Source: a virus (taxonomy: Duplodnaviria; Caudoviricetes). Taken from it: a stretch of DNA of 57,497 nt. The stretch lies in the IMG/VR virus record IMGVR_UViG_3300016474_000496, positions 1-57,497 of that record; one strand, 5' to 3'. The notes below the pieces were generated by a model. That model was not told the origin of the DNA. It was given only the letters and a program-made list of their open reading frames with translations, and did not search any database. How positions within the stretch are numbered: the first letter of the stretch is position 1; the number at the start of each line of letters is the position of its first letter. The translations under genes and the position numbers were made by a program. Shown one piece after another: positions 9,331 through 19,056 of this stretch.

Positions 9331-10401
9331 TTAGGCCGTGTAAACGCTGATATTTGGCGCGAAGTAAATTGGAGAACGGTCGCGCTCTTCTTGCTCAGCC
9401 AGATTCAAATATTTTTCGGCTTGCGTTTCGAGATATTGAACGCGGTCGAGAGGAACTGAAGGAAGTTCTAGCGACAGCTGATGGCTAAACATAGCGAGCG
9501 TAGCAAGGTACCAGCGCTGTGGAATTTGAAGGTCATCAGTAAGCTCACCTACGTCCATGATTTGTTTTGAGTACCATACGGTCATCTGAACAAACGGGTC
9601 TGAAGGTGTCGGCCAGAGGTAAATTTCAGGTTGCGGGATCGTGCGGTTAAACCAAAACTGATAAGGCTGGTTAGCCGTAAAGTTTTTGTTAGGTAGATTT
9701 GTGTAGTCGTCACGATTCAGACGCGACATCGTAATCTCGCGACTGTTGTTGCCTACGTACCACTCGCGCAACGCTAGCGTTGTGCCGCCCGAAGCCTCAA
9801 TTCGGTAGTAACGAACCGTTTGGCCGGGGTCGATATCGTACCAAAGCCACTGATTGTCAGTTACAACCGTTGTGCCAACGTTCTCGAGCATGTTCCAAGT
9901 CGATCCGTCAGTTGAATACTTGAGGGTAAAAGTCCAAGTGGCGCTTCCGCCCCCAGAAACATAGGGCAGCACACCTATAGATCCCGCGTAAACGGGGTTA
10001 TCAGTTCCAAAATCAACCGTAATGTTACCGTTGGTTGAGCTCTGCTGACAATACGTGTCAACATCATTGTCAGCTACATTGCTGACCGTTCCGCCAGCCG
10101 AAGTGCTGTAGCTGCCCGTAGGTCGGTTCATAGTGCGGTACAACGCATTAAGCACGTCATTAGCCCCAACGGGCAGCGTGTAAATGTACTTATCAGGCGT
10201 AAGACCAATGACCTCTTTCTTTATGGCCCAATACTGGATGCCGATATTGATGAGGTTAGTCAGCACGAAGCCGAGCGACTCCCTCGCGGTGAGTAGCTGT
10301 TCGCTTGTGAGTTCTTCGGCTAACTTTCCACACCGACGAGCGGCATGGTCGATTAGCGTTTGTACGTTGTAGACTTGACCGTAAGTGTCTGAATAAGCCA
10401 T
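9331..10401 (-). CDS. putative head-tail connector protein with inserted beta domain
   Basis: N-terminal LIDHAARRCG helical part and C-terminal IYLWPTP...DDLQIPQRWYLA are typical of podovirus adaptors; middle part resembles a discoidin-like insert (KYSTDGSTW, RYYRI). Confidence 0.55.
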   Translation of the reverse strand: MAYSDTYGQVYNVQTLIDHAARRCGKLAEELTSEQLLTARESLGFVLTNLINIGIQYWAIKKEVIGLTPDKYIYTLPVGANDVLNALYRTMNRPTGSYSTSAGGTVSNVADNDVDTYCQQSSTNGNITVDFGTDNPVYAGSIGVLPYVSGGGSATWTFTLKYSTDGSTWNMLENVGTTVVTDNQWLWYDIDPGQTVRYYRIEASGGTTLALREWYVGNNSREITMSRLNRDDYTNLPNKNFTANQPYQFWFNRTIPQPEIYLWPTPSDPFVQMTVWYSKQIMDVGELTDDLQIPQRWYLATLAMFSHQLSLELPSVPLDRVQYLETQAEKYLNLAEQEERDRSPIYFAPNISVYTA

Positions 10402-10405
10402 TCGT

Positions 10406-10810
10406 TCACCACCCTGGGCAATTCCAGCGTTTCATTGAGGCGCGAGCACGCGACCCGCGATCTGACTTACGCGCCACCGGACCCATTCGAGCACAAAACG
10501 AATCACGCCGTGGGCCGCCTTCGGGCTGCGGCGCTTTTAGGTTTGATCCTGTTTCTCGGTTGTATTTCGCTCTACCCTTGGCGGTAAGACCCGCGCCCTG
10601 ATCTGCCGGAAGTTTCTCACCACGGCTAATCGCCAGGCTCGGGCCGCCGTCTTTAAGCCGTTCAGGAAGTTTTGCATACGATTTCCCCTTTACATTGGAC
10701 TGCGTAAACTCCGCAGCCACGTCGGGCCGAATGCCGACCTTCTTTGCGAACGCGGGGTTGTTTTCCGCCGCTTTCATCAACCGAAACTGCGCTTTAGTTT
10801 TAGCTGGCAT
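10406..10810 (-). CDS. basic hypothetical protein of head operon
   Basis: MPAKTKAQFRLMKAA; GLTAKGRAKYNRETGSNLKAP...SFCARM...RWNC; contains LKDGG. Confidence 0.6.
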   Translation of the reverse strand: MPAKTKAQFRLMKAAENNPAFAKKVGIRPDVAAEFTQSNVKGKSYAKLPERLKDGGPSLAISRGEKLPADQGAGLTAKGRAKYNRETGSNLKAPQPEGGPRRDSFCARMGPVARKSDRGSRARASMKRWNCPGW

Positions 10811-11207
10811 AGGTCTTGATCATCTCAAGAACAACCGTATACGTATCCCCGACACTTGCATCAGCAGTTGAAAAAACTATATTACCGTTTTTACCCGCAC
10901 CTGCGTTGTTTGTGATACCTCCGATTTTTGAAAAATCATTTTCATAATTTGTGTTGACTGTGCTCAGAAAGAAAGGCACATCAGTTGTTGCGTCCCAATA
11001 CATCCGCACTTCCATGCCGTGACATACTGAGCTGATTTTGTTAACAATCACGCCATTACAGGCTTTACCTGAGGCGCTAGCCGCCAACGCGGAAACATTA
11101 ACTTTGGTCACGGCGCTTTCGCCCGTTCCGTCGCTTATGTTTGTGAATTTCATGATAGCCAAACGCTCACCATCAAGCAGGGTTTGACTTGTTACTGCAT
11201 CAGCCAT
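10800..11207 (-). CDS. virion structural protein (135 aa)
   Basis: RBS GAGG; MADAVTSQTLLDGER...YTVVLEMIK beta-rich sequence. Confidence 0.55.
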   Translation of the reverse strand: MADAVTSQTLLDGERLAIMKFTNISDGTGESAVTKVNVSALAASASGKACNGVIVNKISSVCHGMEVRMYWDATTDVPFFLSTVNTNYENDFSKIGGITNNAGAGKNGNIVFSTADASVGDTYTVVLEMIKTYAS

Positions 11208-11221
11208 AATGCACCTCTAAA

Positions 11222-11247
11222 GTAAAGCAGGGGCCGAAGCCCCTGCT
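11222..11247 (-). terminator. hairpin / weak intrinsic terminator after the GG-repeat gene
   Basis: Minus strand AGCAGGGGC-TTCG-GCCCCTGCT followed by TTAC. Confidence 0.6.
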
Positions 11248-11249
11248 AT

Positions 11250-12116
11250 TTAGCATGCGCCGCCGTAGGCCTTTTTGTACACTCCGCCACCCTTTTTAAA
11301 GGTTCCAGACTGCATATTATTAGCCACCGGCTTCGACACAGGATGACGAGGCATTGCTACGGCGCGGCCCGAGTCAACAAGACCCCCCGTAGCGTAACGC
11401 TTTCCCAGAGCACCGCCTTTCTTAAAGCCGCCGGCATTGCCTTTCTTCACTTCGCCAGTGGTGGTGTTGGTTGGGCCGGGTTTGGACGTCGAAACATTGC
11501 CTTCGACTCCGCCGCCTTTAGCGTACTTGGGGCTACCGCCGTGCTTGTAACCGCCGGGTTTGCCCATTGCCACATCGCCAGTCTTCTTCGGGGTATGATG
11601 CTCGCCTGAAGCAGTGTCCATCTTAGTGCTGACATAACCTTTAGCTCCCTTCTCAGAGGCCGCTACGCCAATTACTCCGCCTTCTTTGAACCCTGCCTGA
11701 CCCATCACGACACCGCCCGTATTGAGCCCTTTGTGCCCTTTTGAAGCTGGCTTTGACTCGTGAGATTTGAGCTCTTTCTCAAGGCTTTTCATCTTACTCA
11801 TCTCAGCTTTGTGCTCAGCTTTAGTTTCGCCACCTTCTTTCATCATGGGGCGAGCTGTTGCCGGAGCCCCGACCGGGCCAGCCATTGCGGGTTTAGCCAT
11901 CATAGCCCGCCGACGCATCGCCATCGAGGGGCGTGCCGGGGCCGTCGCCGGAGGCATCCCGCCTCGAGCACCGGGCGAAGGCACATCAGACAACCCGCGC
12001 ATCACCCCACCGTCCATCATCTTTTTGGGCGCTTTGACCGAACCACCTTTCTTCAGTTTCAAAATCACTGAAGGCTCGGTAGTCATCATTTTGACCATTG
12101 GTTTAAATTGACCCAT
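11250..12116 (-). CDS. Lys/Gly-rich protein with ~11 hydrophobic-x-x-GG repeats (putative internal head protein)
   Basis: LKKGG, MMDGG, MKEGG, LNTGG, FKEGG, YKHGG, YAKGG, FKKGG, YATGG, FKKGG, KAYGG; lies downstream of the capsid genes. Confidence 0.6.
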   Translation of the reverse strand: MGQFKPMVKMMTTEPSVILKLKKGGSVKAPKKMMDGGVMRGLSDVPSPGARGGMPPATAPARPSMAMRRRAMMAKPAMAGPVGAPATARPMMKEGGETKAEHKAEMSKMKSLEKELKSHESKPASKGHKGLNTGGVVMGQAGFKEGGVIGVAASEKGAKGYVSTKMDTASGEHHTPKKTGDVAMGKPGGYKHGGSPKYAKGGGVEGNVSTSKPGPTNTTTGEVKKGNAGGFKKGGALGKRYATGGLVDSGRAVAMPRHPVSKPVANNMQSGTFKKGGGVYKKAYGGAC

Positions 12117-12128
12117 GATCGTGCCCCC

Positions 12129-12578
12129 TTAGACTTTCTGCGCATACACAACGGTGAAGCGATAAACGCCTTGCGTTGTGCTGATTGTGCCGTTAGGGGT
12201 TAATGTCAATACGACATTGGTATTTGAACCAATATCAGACATCGCCAAAAGTTGTGCCGCCGTAAACGTAAGCGCGGCGCGACCGCCCGCGATTACATTC
12301 GTTGAAGACACATACTGCGTACCCGCTGCGGCCGTTCCAACGGTTGCATTAATCTGAGTTGCTGTTCCGCCGCCAACGACTTCGTCCACAACTTGATCAA
12401 TAAAAATATTGATAATTTGTGAATTAGCCGGCAACACTTCAGTGGCGCTTACAGCCGTACCAGCAGCGACCGTGGTCACCGTTGTCGTCTGCATAAGCAC
12501 CATGAAACCGCCGTCAGTTGCGTCGGTCAACGTCCCAGAACCAGCACGTACGGTTGAGCCAAAATACGTTTGAGCCAT
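12129..12578 (-). CDS. putative capsid decoration protein
   Basis: Strong RBS AAAGGAGA; T/A/V-rich 149 aa directly after the major capsid gene. Confidence 0.5.
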   Translation of the reverse strand: MAQTYFGSTVRAGSGTLTDATDGGFMVLMQTTTVTTVAAGTAVSATEVLPANSQIINIFIDQVVDEVVGGGTATQINATVGTAAAGTQYVSSTNVIAGGRAALTFTAAQLLAMSDIGSNTNVVLTLTPNGTISTTQGVYRFTVVYAQKV

Positions 12579-12599
12579 TTCGTCTTTCTCCTTTAAGGC

Positions 12600-12619
12600 G
12601 AGGGGGTCTAAACCCCCTC
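12600..12619 (-). promoter_or_regulatory. G5/C5 stem-loop between capsid and decoration genes
   Basis: Minus strand GAGGGGG-TTTAGA-CCCCCTC; no U-tract; just upstream of an RBS. Confidence 0.45.
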
Positions 12620-12625
12620 TTGGGT

Positions 12626-13540
12626 TTAGACGCCGGGCGTGCCGTACATTGCTCGCCAGTCAGTGAAGCCCACATCGTAACGCTCGGTGGCTTTGTACCG
12701 CATTGTGTCGGTTTCAAAATCACCTTCCATCGTCTTTTCAAGACGACGGCGCATCAACAGCTTCATACCTTCTGGGGCGTCGGTTTGCACCCACCACGCG
12801 GTTGCGCTAGTCAAACGCGACAGAACCGCAGCGCCTTCATCGAGCAAGCCGATGGATTTTACTGGGTTGATGTCGTTGTTTGCGTTGCCTGAGCGCAAAA
12901 CGCTTTTCAACAGGACTTCAGCCTGGAAGATGTTGCCCGGAGCTACGACAAGCTGTCGCGGCACGAGGCGAATCTTTTTCCCGTTGTTGTCAACTGCTTG
13001 ACGGATCTGAATGAGCATTTGCTCGAGCGAGGTCTGGCTTAAAACTGCTGCGGTCGTAAGCAAATTGCTCGCACTACCGTTAACAATTGGATGCGAAGAG
13101 CTGTTCAGCGAAACACCGTCGCCGCCAGGGTACGAGGCGCTAAAAGCGTTGTTCAACACGTTAGCGCACAAAGTCTCTTTAGTTTCCACCAAAGATTGCG
13201 CCAGGTGCCGAGCATACACCGACCCGATGCGAATGTGGTCGCCGTCTTCGACGAGGACTTTCGTCAGCGCGAAGGCCAGACCGTACACCGAATAGACGTA
13301 ACGCTTCAGGAACAACACGCCGCCCTGCTGATAGGTTACGGGGCTGCCGTCAGGAAGCAACGGCGCAAGCCCGAAACCGTACAGAACGGGTTCTTCGTGA
13401 TAGTTACGGGGAATGCCGTCTTGCTCGCGGAAAACTCGCGACCACTCATCGGCACGCTGATCATAGACTCCATCGAAGCATTCGTTCAGGATAGGCTCAA
13501 CGATGCTCCGAAAGTCCGTACTGCGCATTGGGGCTGCCAT
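12626..13540 (-). CDS. major capsid protein (HK97 fold, Mu gpT-like)
   Basis: 304 aa with LKRYVYSVYGLAFALT, GGDGVSLNSSSHP, PRQLVVAP and DFETDTMRYKATERY..GFTDWR.MYG; RBS AAGGAGG. Confidence 0.85.
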   Translation of the reverse strand: MAAPMRSTDFRSIVEPILNECFDGVYDQRADEWSRVFREQDGIPRNYHEEPVLYGFGLAPLLPDGSPVTYQQGGVLFLKRYVYSVYGLAFALTKVLVEDGDHIRIGSVYARHLAQSLVETKETLCANVLNNAFSASYPGGDGVSLNSSSHPIVNGSASNLLTTAAVLSQTSLEQMLIQIRQAVDNNGKKIRLVPRQLVVAPGNIFQAEVLLKSVLRSGNANNDINPVKSIGLLDEGAAVLSRLTSATAWWVQTDAPEGMKLLMRRRLEKTMEGDFETDTMRYKATERYDVGFTDWRAMYGTPGV

Positions 13541-13553
13541 TTGTTAGCCCTCC

Positions 13554-14129
13554 TTAGAATGCATTAACGGTCGCTTGAACTTGCGACTCGTTAATAGTTA
13601 CACGAACGATCGTGAACGCATCACCCCAAGCGTTGCTGGGGTAAGGTGCAATGTCAACGATACGCATTTGGGCCGAATTACCCGCACCAACCAAAACGGT
13701 TGATATCATGGCTTGTGACAGTCCGGTGGTTGAAGAACCATCCGTAATGTTAACAAAATCAGCCTGATCACCAATTGCCGTTTGAGCCAGCGAGCCGTTT
13801 GCTTGGATTTCATAAACGATCTGCGGATCGCTGTAGAAATACGCAGTTGCGACTGTGCCGGTTGCGAGCCCCTGGCTAGCTGGCCAATAGTTCGACACGC
13901 GATAACGGCCCGTAGTGTCAGTGAACTCAACGCCTGCGAAAGCCCCAACAAACGAATCACCAGCTGCGGCGGGAACAATTTGGCCGCTGCTGTTGTACTT
14001 GACGGGTTGGCCTTTCAGAATCTGAGTGGCATACCCGGACGGAATACCGCCGGACAATACCGTCGCGCGATCTAACCCTGAAGGGTGATACACTGGACGG
14101 AGACCGAACGGAGCACTAGTAGCGCTCAT
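13554..14129 (-). CDS. capsid-associated (cement/decoration) protein
   Basis: APFGLRPV...ILKGQPV...VGAFAGVEFTD...DPQIVYEIQ; immediately upstream of the capsid gene. Confidence 0.55.
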   Translation of the reverse strand: MSATSAPFGLRPVYHPSGLDRATVLSGGIPSGYATQILKGQPVKYNSSGQIVPAAAGDSFVGAFAGVEFTDTTGRYRVSNYWPASQGLATGTVATAYFYSDPQIVYEIQANGSLAQTAIGDQADFVNITDGSSTTGLSQAMISTVLVGAGNSAQMRIVDIAPYPSNAWGDAFTIVRVTINESQVQATVNAF

Positions 14130-14151
14130 GATTTAGTCCTCATTAAAAGAG

Positions 14152-14700
14152 TTAACCCTCGAACACCGGGGGTCGATTAACGGATTGTTTCGAGACGTTA
14201 CCGAAGCCTTCACCTTCTGTTTTCAGAAGTCGATGGCCCGAGCTATCAGCACCCTGCTGGAGTTCTTCCATACGTTCCATGATTGCTTGAGTTGCTTCCA
14301 TTGGTTTTTGATAATGAAAGTGCGTCATGACCCGCTGGTAAATCTCAGATGGCAGCTTGAATAATAACATCTCGTTACATGATATAAACCCCGCGTGCTC
14401 GCCCGCTTTTACGCGATAGTTCTCGAACCCAGGTATCTCTTCGGATTTAACCGGAACGTACCCAAGCCGGATTCGCTTATCAATGGTGTCGTAGCTGTTG
14501 GTGGTTGAGAGCCAGCAAAGGTGCCAACCGGGCAGGTCGGGCACTTTTGGCAAGGCTGATTGCGTCCACTCGTCACTCCACATCTTGTCGATGTCCTGTG
14601 AGGCGGCGAACATAGTCTCAGGCGGAAGGCGGTCGAAGTCTTCGCTTGCGCGGCTTTCTCGGCCTCCGGCTGAGAGGGATTTTTTAAGTCTTGAATCCAT
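14152..14700 (-). CDS. conserved head-region hypothetical protein
   Basis: PGWHLCWLST...RIRLGYVPV...EMLLFKLP; alternative TTG start at 14724. Confidence 0.55.
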   Translation of the reverse strand: MDSRLKKSLSAGGRESRASEDFDRLPPETMFAASQDIDKMWSDEWTQSALPKVPDLPGWHLCWLSTTNSYDTIDKRIRLGYVPVKSEEIPGFENYRVKAGEHAGFISCNEMLLFKLPSEIYQRVMTHFHYQKPMEATQAIMERMEELQQGADSSGHRLLKTEGEGFGNVSKQSVNRPPVFEG

Positions 14701-14724
14701 TTGCGTTGTCCTTGTATCTTGCAA

Positions 14725-15726
14725 TTAGCGGGAGGTCGAGGCGGCACGTTTGCGGGCTTCCGCCGCATAGCGCTTGATCATGCTGTTGCGCTTGACGGGG
14801 TCGTCCCAAAAGCCCGCATCTTTCATGGCGCGAACTTGCTCGGGTTCAAGCATGAACTGACCCTTAGGGGAGCCGCCACTATTTGATGATTCTCGACCAG
14901 TGCTGGTTTGCATATTACGAGGCCTTGAACGCTGATTGGGCGCATTATAACCCGAATCATACCTGTGAGGCAAGTATTTTCTTGCCCGGTCATCGAGCTC
15001 ATCCCAGTAGTCTTGGCTCGCGGGGTTCCAACCTTCGGCAGTGAGCTCTTCGTCGATCTGCTTGACGATTTTCGAATCGGTGTCACGGTGTTGCGGGTCG
15101 TACCAGTCGCTGCGTTTAATCCAATCAGCCGCCATTTTTTGTACTCGCGGATCGGGCACGGTATTGGGCTGCTGTTTGGGGGCGGTGCTCGCTTTTTTCA
15201 GGTTCTTCAGAGATTCGAGCTGCTGCCTCGACTCGTACCACATTTCTTGCGCCTGCGCCAGAGCGTCGCCGTCTTGGGCGCGGGTGGCTTCGGCGATTTT
15301 GCGTTTTGCGTATTCGAGCCGCAGTTCTTGATCTTCAACTGCCCGGTCAAGTTTAGCGAGCTCGCCGGCGTGCGTTTTGCGCTCGACGATGCTTAACCGC
15401 TCCATGAGCTCTTGGTTTTGTCGCTGGAGCAGCTGCAGCCGCTGATCTTTTTCGGCGCTAGTTTTGCGGGCTAACTCGCGCTTAGCGCGGCGGCGCTCGC
15501 GTTTGGCGTTGCGGAGCGCCACGGTGTCGTCGTCAGAGTCGGCGTCCGCTGGGTCGTCGACTGCGCCGCCTTCGGCTTTTGATTCAACGGAAGCGCGGTC
15601 ATCATCATCGTCGTCTTCTTCAATTGAAGGTGGGGCGAGATCTTCAGGTAGTTCAACCGTAACGGAGCCGTCAGGTTGCTCTTTGATCTCAATGTCCGGT
15701 TCTTTTACGTCGGCAGTTGTGCTCAT
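14725..15726 (-). CDS. putative scaffolding protein
   Basis: Acidic N-terminus, long coiled coil, W..RSDWY and YWDELD motifs, basic C-terminus; lies between portal and capsid. Confidence 0.65.
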   Translation of the reverse strand: MSTTADVKEPDIEIKEQPDGSVTVELPEDLAPPSIEEDDDDDDRASVESKAEGGAVDDPADADSDDDTVALRNAKRERRRAKRELARKTSAEKDQRLQLLQRQNQELMERLSIVERKTHAGELAKLDRAVEDQELRLEYAKRKIAEATRAQDGDALAQAQEMWYESRQQLESLKNLKKASTAPKQQPNTVPDPRVQKMAADWIKRSDWYDPQHRDTDSKIVKQIDEELTAEGWNPASQDYWDELDDRARKYLPHRYDSGYNAPNQRSRPRNMQTSTGRESSNSGGSPKGQFMLEPEQVRAMKDAGFWDDPVKRNSMIKRYAAEARKRAASTSR

Positions 15727-16163
15727 AGGAATGCCTTAGTTTCGAGGGGGTTTGAGGTGATTCGTGCGATGACCTCGTGGTCATTGACGATCATGAAAAG
15801 TGAGGGGTCTTCAAGGTGATCTTCACCGGGCACTTTGACTTCCCAGCGGTCACCGCCCCACTTGGGCACACGAATAAAGTCACCCACCGCACACCACGAC
15901 CCTTCGGGCCAGGGGTTCATGGAGTCACGATGCCGAAAGGCGAGCGGCCCCACCGCGATGACTTTCGCGATTTGAGTGTTCCACTTTTCAGTTTCTTTAG
16001 TTTCCTCGACAAGCACTATGCCGGCTTTTGTGGTCTTTTTGCGGCTGCGGCGCAATTGCACCAACAACCGACCACCTAACGGCTGCGCACCAGGATCAAC
16101 GCTCGGAAAAGCCCAAGCCATCTCAGCGTCTTGCGACACTACTGGTTCAGTCATCATGTTCAT
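15723..16163 (-). CDS. groES: GroES-like co-chaperonin
   Basis: QPLGGRLLVQ, TKAGIVL mobile loop, AKVIAVGP, VGDFI, IVNDHEVIARI. Confidence 0.85.
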   Translation of the reverse strand: MNMMTEPVVSQDAEMAWAFPSVDPGAQPLGGRLLVQLRRSRKKTTKAGIVLVEETKETEKWNTQIAKVIAVGPLAFRHRDSMNPWPEGSWCAVGDFIRVPKWGGDRWEVKVPGEDHLEDPSLFMIVNDHEVIARITSNPLETKAFL

Positions 16164-16338
16164 TTTCTTCCTCTATGAAGTTCTCGATAATGTCAAGGGC
16201 TTTTTGCAGCCCCATGTGTTCGCCGACCATGCGCTGGTACGCCTCCCAGGTCGCAGCGTTACCCGCCGCTAAGGAATGGCCTATTTCAGCCTGACGTGCC
16301 TTGTATGCGCCGATCAGTTTGCTAAGGGTTAAGGTCAC
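16147..16338 (-). CDS. hypothetical protein (63 aa)
   Basis: LAAGNAATWEAYQRMVGEHMGL; GTGA overlap with the upstream ORF. Confidence 0.6.
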   Translation of the reverse strand: MTLTLSKLIGAYKARQAEIGHSLAAGNAATWEAYQRMVGEHMGLQKALDIIENFIEEENEHDD

Positions 16339-16502
16339 TTGTTTTTACGTGCTATCGGGGCGGGGGCTCCTTTCGATGAGGGTTGAGGGGCGGTGGTGCC
16401 TTTGGACTTCAGGCTAGTGCCGTCGAGCGCCGCACCCATGGCGATGCGCTTGTGGTAGGGGACGGCTTCGTTGTCTTTGAGGTTATTGGATGGTTGGGCC
16501 AC
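16335..16502 (-). CDS. small hypothetical protein (55 aa)
   Basis: Hand-translated GTG start after AGGAG: MAQPSNNLKDNEAVPYHKRIAMGAALDG...ARKNK; fills the gap after the portal. Confidence 0.55.
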   Translation of the reverse strand: MAQPSNNLKDNEAVPYHKRIAMGAALDGTSLKSKGTTAPQPSSKGAPAPIARKNK

Positions 16503-19044
16503 GACTATCTCCTAGGTTACGTTGAGCTTCGTTTTGAAGCCGAATTGCAGTTTCCATCTGCTCGGTGCGTAGCCTCTCGTCTTGTTGCGTGAGGCGTGCG
16601 GTTTCTATGCGCTCGCGAGTGAGGTTGTTCGAAGCGCTAATGGCCACGTCAAGCTGATCGCGATCGGCGGCGCGTTGTTGCTCGGCCTGAAGCCGCGCCA
16701 CATCAAGCTGACCGCGCTGTTGAAGGTCAGCGCCTTTGAGCTGCATCTCAGCCTGGTCGCGCTGTGCGCGGCGCTGCGTTTCAGCCAAGCTGGTTTCCTT
16801 AAGCACTTGCGCTTCGGGCGGTAGCTGGGGTTGGGGCGTGAGTTTCTGCATAGCCTGAAGCAGTTGCCCCACGAGGGGGAGAATTTTACCGAACGCCTGC
16901 TCGGCATCAGATTTGACGTGTTGCGAAACGAGCGCATACACTTTGTCGATCTGCGCCGTGAGGGCTTTGTCCTCGTATTCGGCCTCGGTCACGGGGCGAC
17001 CGTCGCGCAGCTTTGTAACGTACCCTTGAGAGCGGTTCAGGTACCATAGAATCATGTGCTGCTTGACGTGCTCAAGCGCTCGAGGTAGGTAAATCGACGC
17101 CATAATGGGGTTACCGCCGAACGCCGGGTTCAGGGCGAAGTCCAAGTGCGTTTGAATATGCGCCAAGTGATCTTGATGCATATAGGCGTAGCCGTTCTGT
17201 CCCAACGCCATAGCGACGTTCTCATCGACGGCGCTGAGTTCATCTGGCGAAGGTGTGTTTTTGAGCAGCTCGTTGTAACCGGGTATTTTCAGCTGTTTCA
17301 GCAGCCGTTCTTCCACCGCTCGGCGGTCGTAGAGGTCCGGGGCTTTGTCCGCACGGGCCAAAACCGCCTGAATTTGGGCCATGCGTTGGGTTTCGCTAAA
17401 GATATGCGGATCCGAAACCGGTACAACGTCCGTATTACGCTTGAAATCATCTTCTTCGATCTCGAGGTCTGCTACAACCTCGCCTTTACGCATGTCGCTG
17501 AGGTGCCAGCGGTTCAAACGGCCAAGAACTTTCAAAAGTCGCCCTTGCGCATCGTGCAGCCGGGCGTGAATGGCGCTGAAAACCGCCGCACCCTGCTCGA
17601 TGAGCGCCTGCGTGGTGCCGACGGGGGTTTGCGCGCTCACGTCGGCGATTTTTTCTTCCGCCGTCGTGACTACGCCCTTAGTGGCCTTGTCAAGCCACCC
17701 CAAAAGCTCAAAAAGCACCGCGCTCGGGGGGTTAAAAGGCATAGGCATCGCGATTTTCTTGATATCGTCAACGCCCGGTGCACCTTCGATCTCCACAACT
17801 TGCGTGATGTCGACCTGTTGGCTCTGCCCGCTCACCTTTGCGCCCTTCAGTTTGAGCATCGCGGGGGCGTTGTTGATGTGCGCCGAATCGAGCAGGGCGC
17901 GTAACGCCCCGGTCAAGGCCGCCGAGAGCCCTCCGATGAGGTGCGGCAGCCCGATTGCGTACGCTCCGCGCCAAGGGATGAATTTATACTCAATGACCCA
18001 GTCCAATTTCGTCATCGAGTCGTCGCCGTCTTCCCAGTTGCGGTACAACCCCACCACTTCTGACTCGAGTTCGTCAATCATCAGGATGTACGGGGCCATT
18101 TCGCCCCCGCTTTCGCGGTCATCTTCGAGCTCGAGCCACGTGTAAATGTGAAAAACACGGCGTTCGCCGTCGGTGTTCTCATCCCACTTGCGGCCTTCGA
18201 TCTTGTTGTTGGCCTTTTCGGCCTTAGTTTCCTCGGGCTCCATTGTGGCGCGGATCAGGCTGATGTCGCGATACATACCGGAGCTGATCCGGCGTTTGAA
18301 TTCCCATTCGCTGATGTCGTGGATCTCGGTGGCCCGCTGCGCGGTGTAGAAGTTCGTGGCCGAAAAAGGGATCAACACCTTGTCGATGGGCAGGAACTCG
18401 GCGCAGGGGCGCTTTTGCCGGTCATCGTACCAGAGCTTCAGGTACTGCGACCCGCCCAAGGGCAGCTGCGTGAGGAGTTGCTCCTGCTCGTCGCGGAACT
18501 CTTCAATCTGCTCCGTGAGCTGCCAGTTCATCCAGTCGCGTTTACGCTCGGCACGCTGGGTTTTCTCTTCGTCGTTGGTGCCTAGGATCTTAGTCTTGAC
18601 GGGGCCGTCGGGCGGGAACAGTTCTTTTATGGCTCGGGAGGCAAAGTCCACGCAAGCTTCCGCCATCGCGGGGTGCACAACTTTGCTCGCGCCCATGAAC
18701 GTCGCGCCGCCGGGGGCGTCCTTGCCCATACCGGTGCGTTTGAGGCCTTCTTCGTACTGCTTGTCGCGGTCTTCCCGCGCCGTTTTGTCTTTCTTGATGA
18801 GTTCCAAATACCGACTGGCGAGCGTATCGAGGTCCAGCGGGTCAAACACCTCCGCCAGGTTGGCGTAGAAGTCCGGGTTATCTTCCGGGCCGCTGTCCGG
18901 CTCAAGATTGACGAGCACCGACCCATCGGGCAGCTCCTCAAGCTCGGCGTCGCCCAGCTCGAGTTCTTCCTCTTCGTACTCTACGGTCATCGGCCCAGCG
19001 GGCAGTTCGTCTTCAAGTTGGGGTTGTGGAAATTCGATAGCCAT
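16483..19044 (-). CDS. portal protein (P22-like, long C-terminal coiled coil)
   Basis: GASKVVHPAMAEACVDF, ELFPPDGPVKTKI, LPLGGSQYLK, YAIGLPHLIGGL, PVGTTQALIEQG, VVPVSDPHIFS; 853 aa. Confidence 0.85.
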   Translation of the reverse strand: MAIEFPQPQLEDELPAGPMTVEYEEEELELGDAELEELPDGSVLVNLEPDSGPEDNPDFYANLAEVFDPLDLDTLASRYLELIKKDKTAREDRDKQYEEGLKRTGMGKDAPGGATFMGASKVVHPAMAEACVDFASRAIKELFPPDGPVKTKILGTNDEEKTQRAERKRDWMNWQLTEQIEEFRDEQEQLLTQLPLGGSQYLKLWYDDRQKRPCAEFLPIDKVLIPFSATNFYTAQRATEIHDISEWEFKRRISSGMYRDISLIRATMEPEETKAEKANNKIEGRKWDENTDGERRVFHIYTWLELEDDRESGGEMAPYILMIDELESEVVGLYRNWEDGDDSMTKLDWVIEYKFIPWRGAYAIGLPHLIGGLSAALTGALRALLDSAHINNAPAMLKLKGAKVSGQSQQVDITQVVEIEGAPGVDDIKKIAMPMPFNPPSAVLFELLGWLDKATKGVVTTAEEKIADVSAQTPVGTTQALIEQGAAVFSAIHARLHDAQGRLLKVLGRLNRWHLSDMRKGEVVADLEIEEDDFKRNTDVVPVSDPHIFSETQRMAQIQAVLARADKAPDLYDRRAVEERLLKQLKIPGYNELLKNTPSPDELSAVDENVAMALGQNGYAYMHQDHLAHIQTHLDFALNPAFGGNPIMASIYLPRALEHVKQHMILWYLNRSQGYVTKLRDGRPVTEAEYEDKALTAQIDKVYALVSQHVKSDAEQAFGKILPLVGQLLQAMQKLTPQPQLPPEAQVLKETSLAETQRRAQRDQAEMQLKGADLQQRGQLDVARLQAEQQRAADRDQLDVAISASNNLTRERIETARLTQQDERLRTEQMETAIRLQNEAQRNLGDSRGPTIQ

Positions 19045-19056
19045 TTCGGGGGGTTC

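Noticed and set aside
17146-18868. Long antisense ORFs inside the portal gene
   Set aside because: Expected from GC-rich codon bias; no recognisable motifs.
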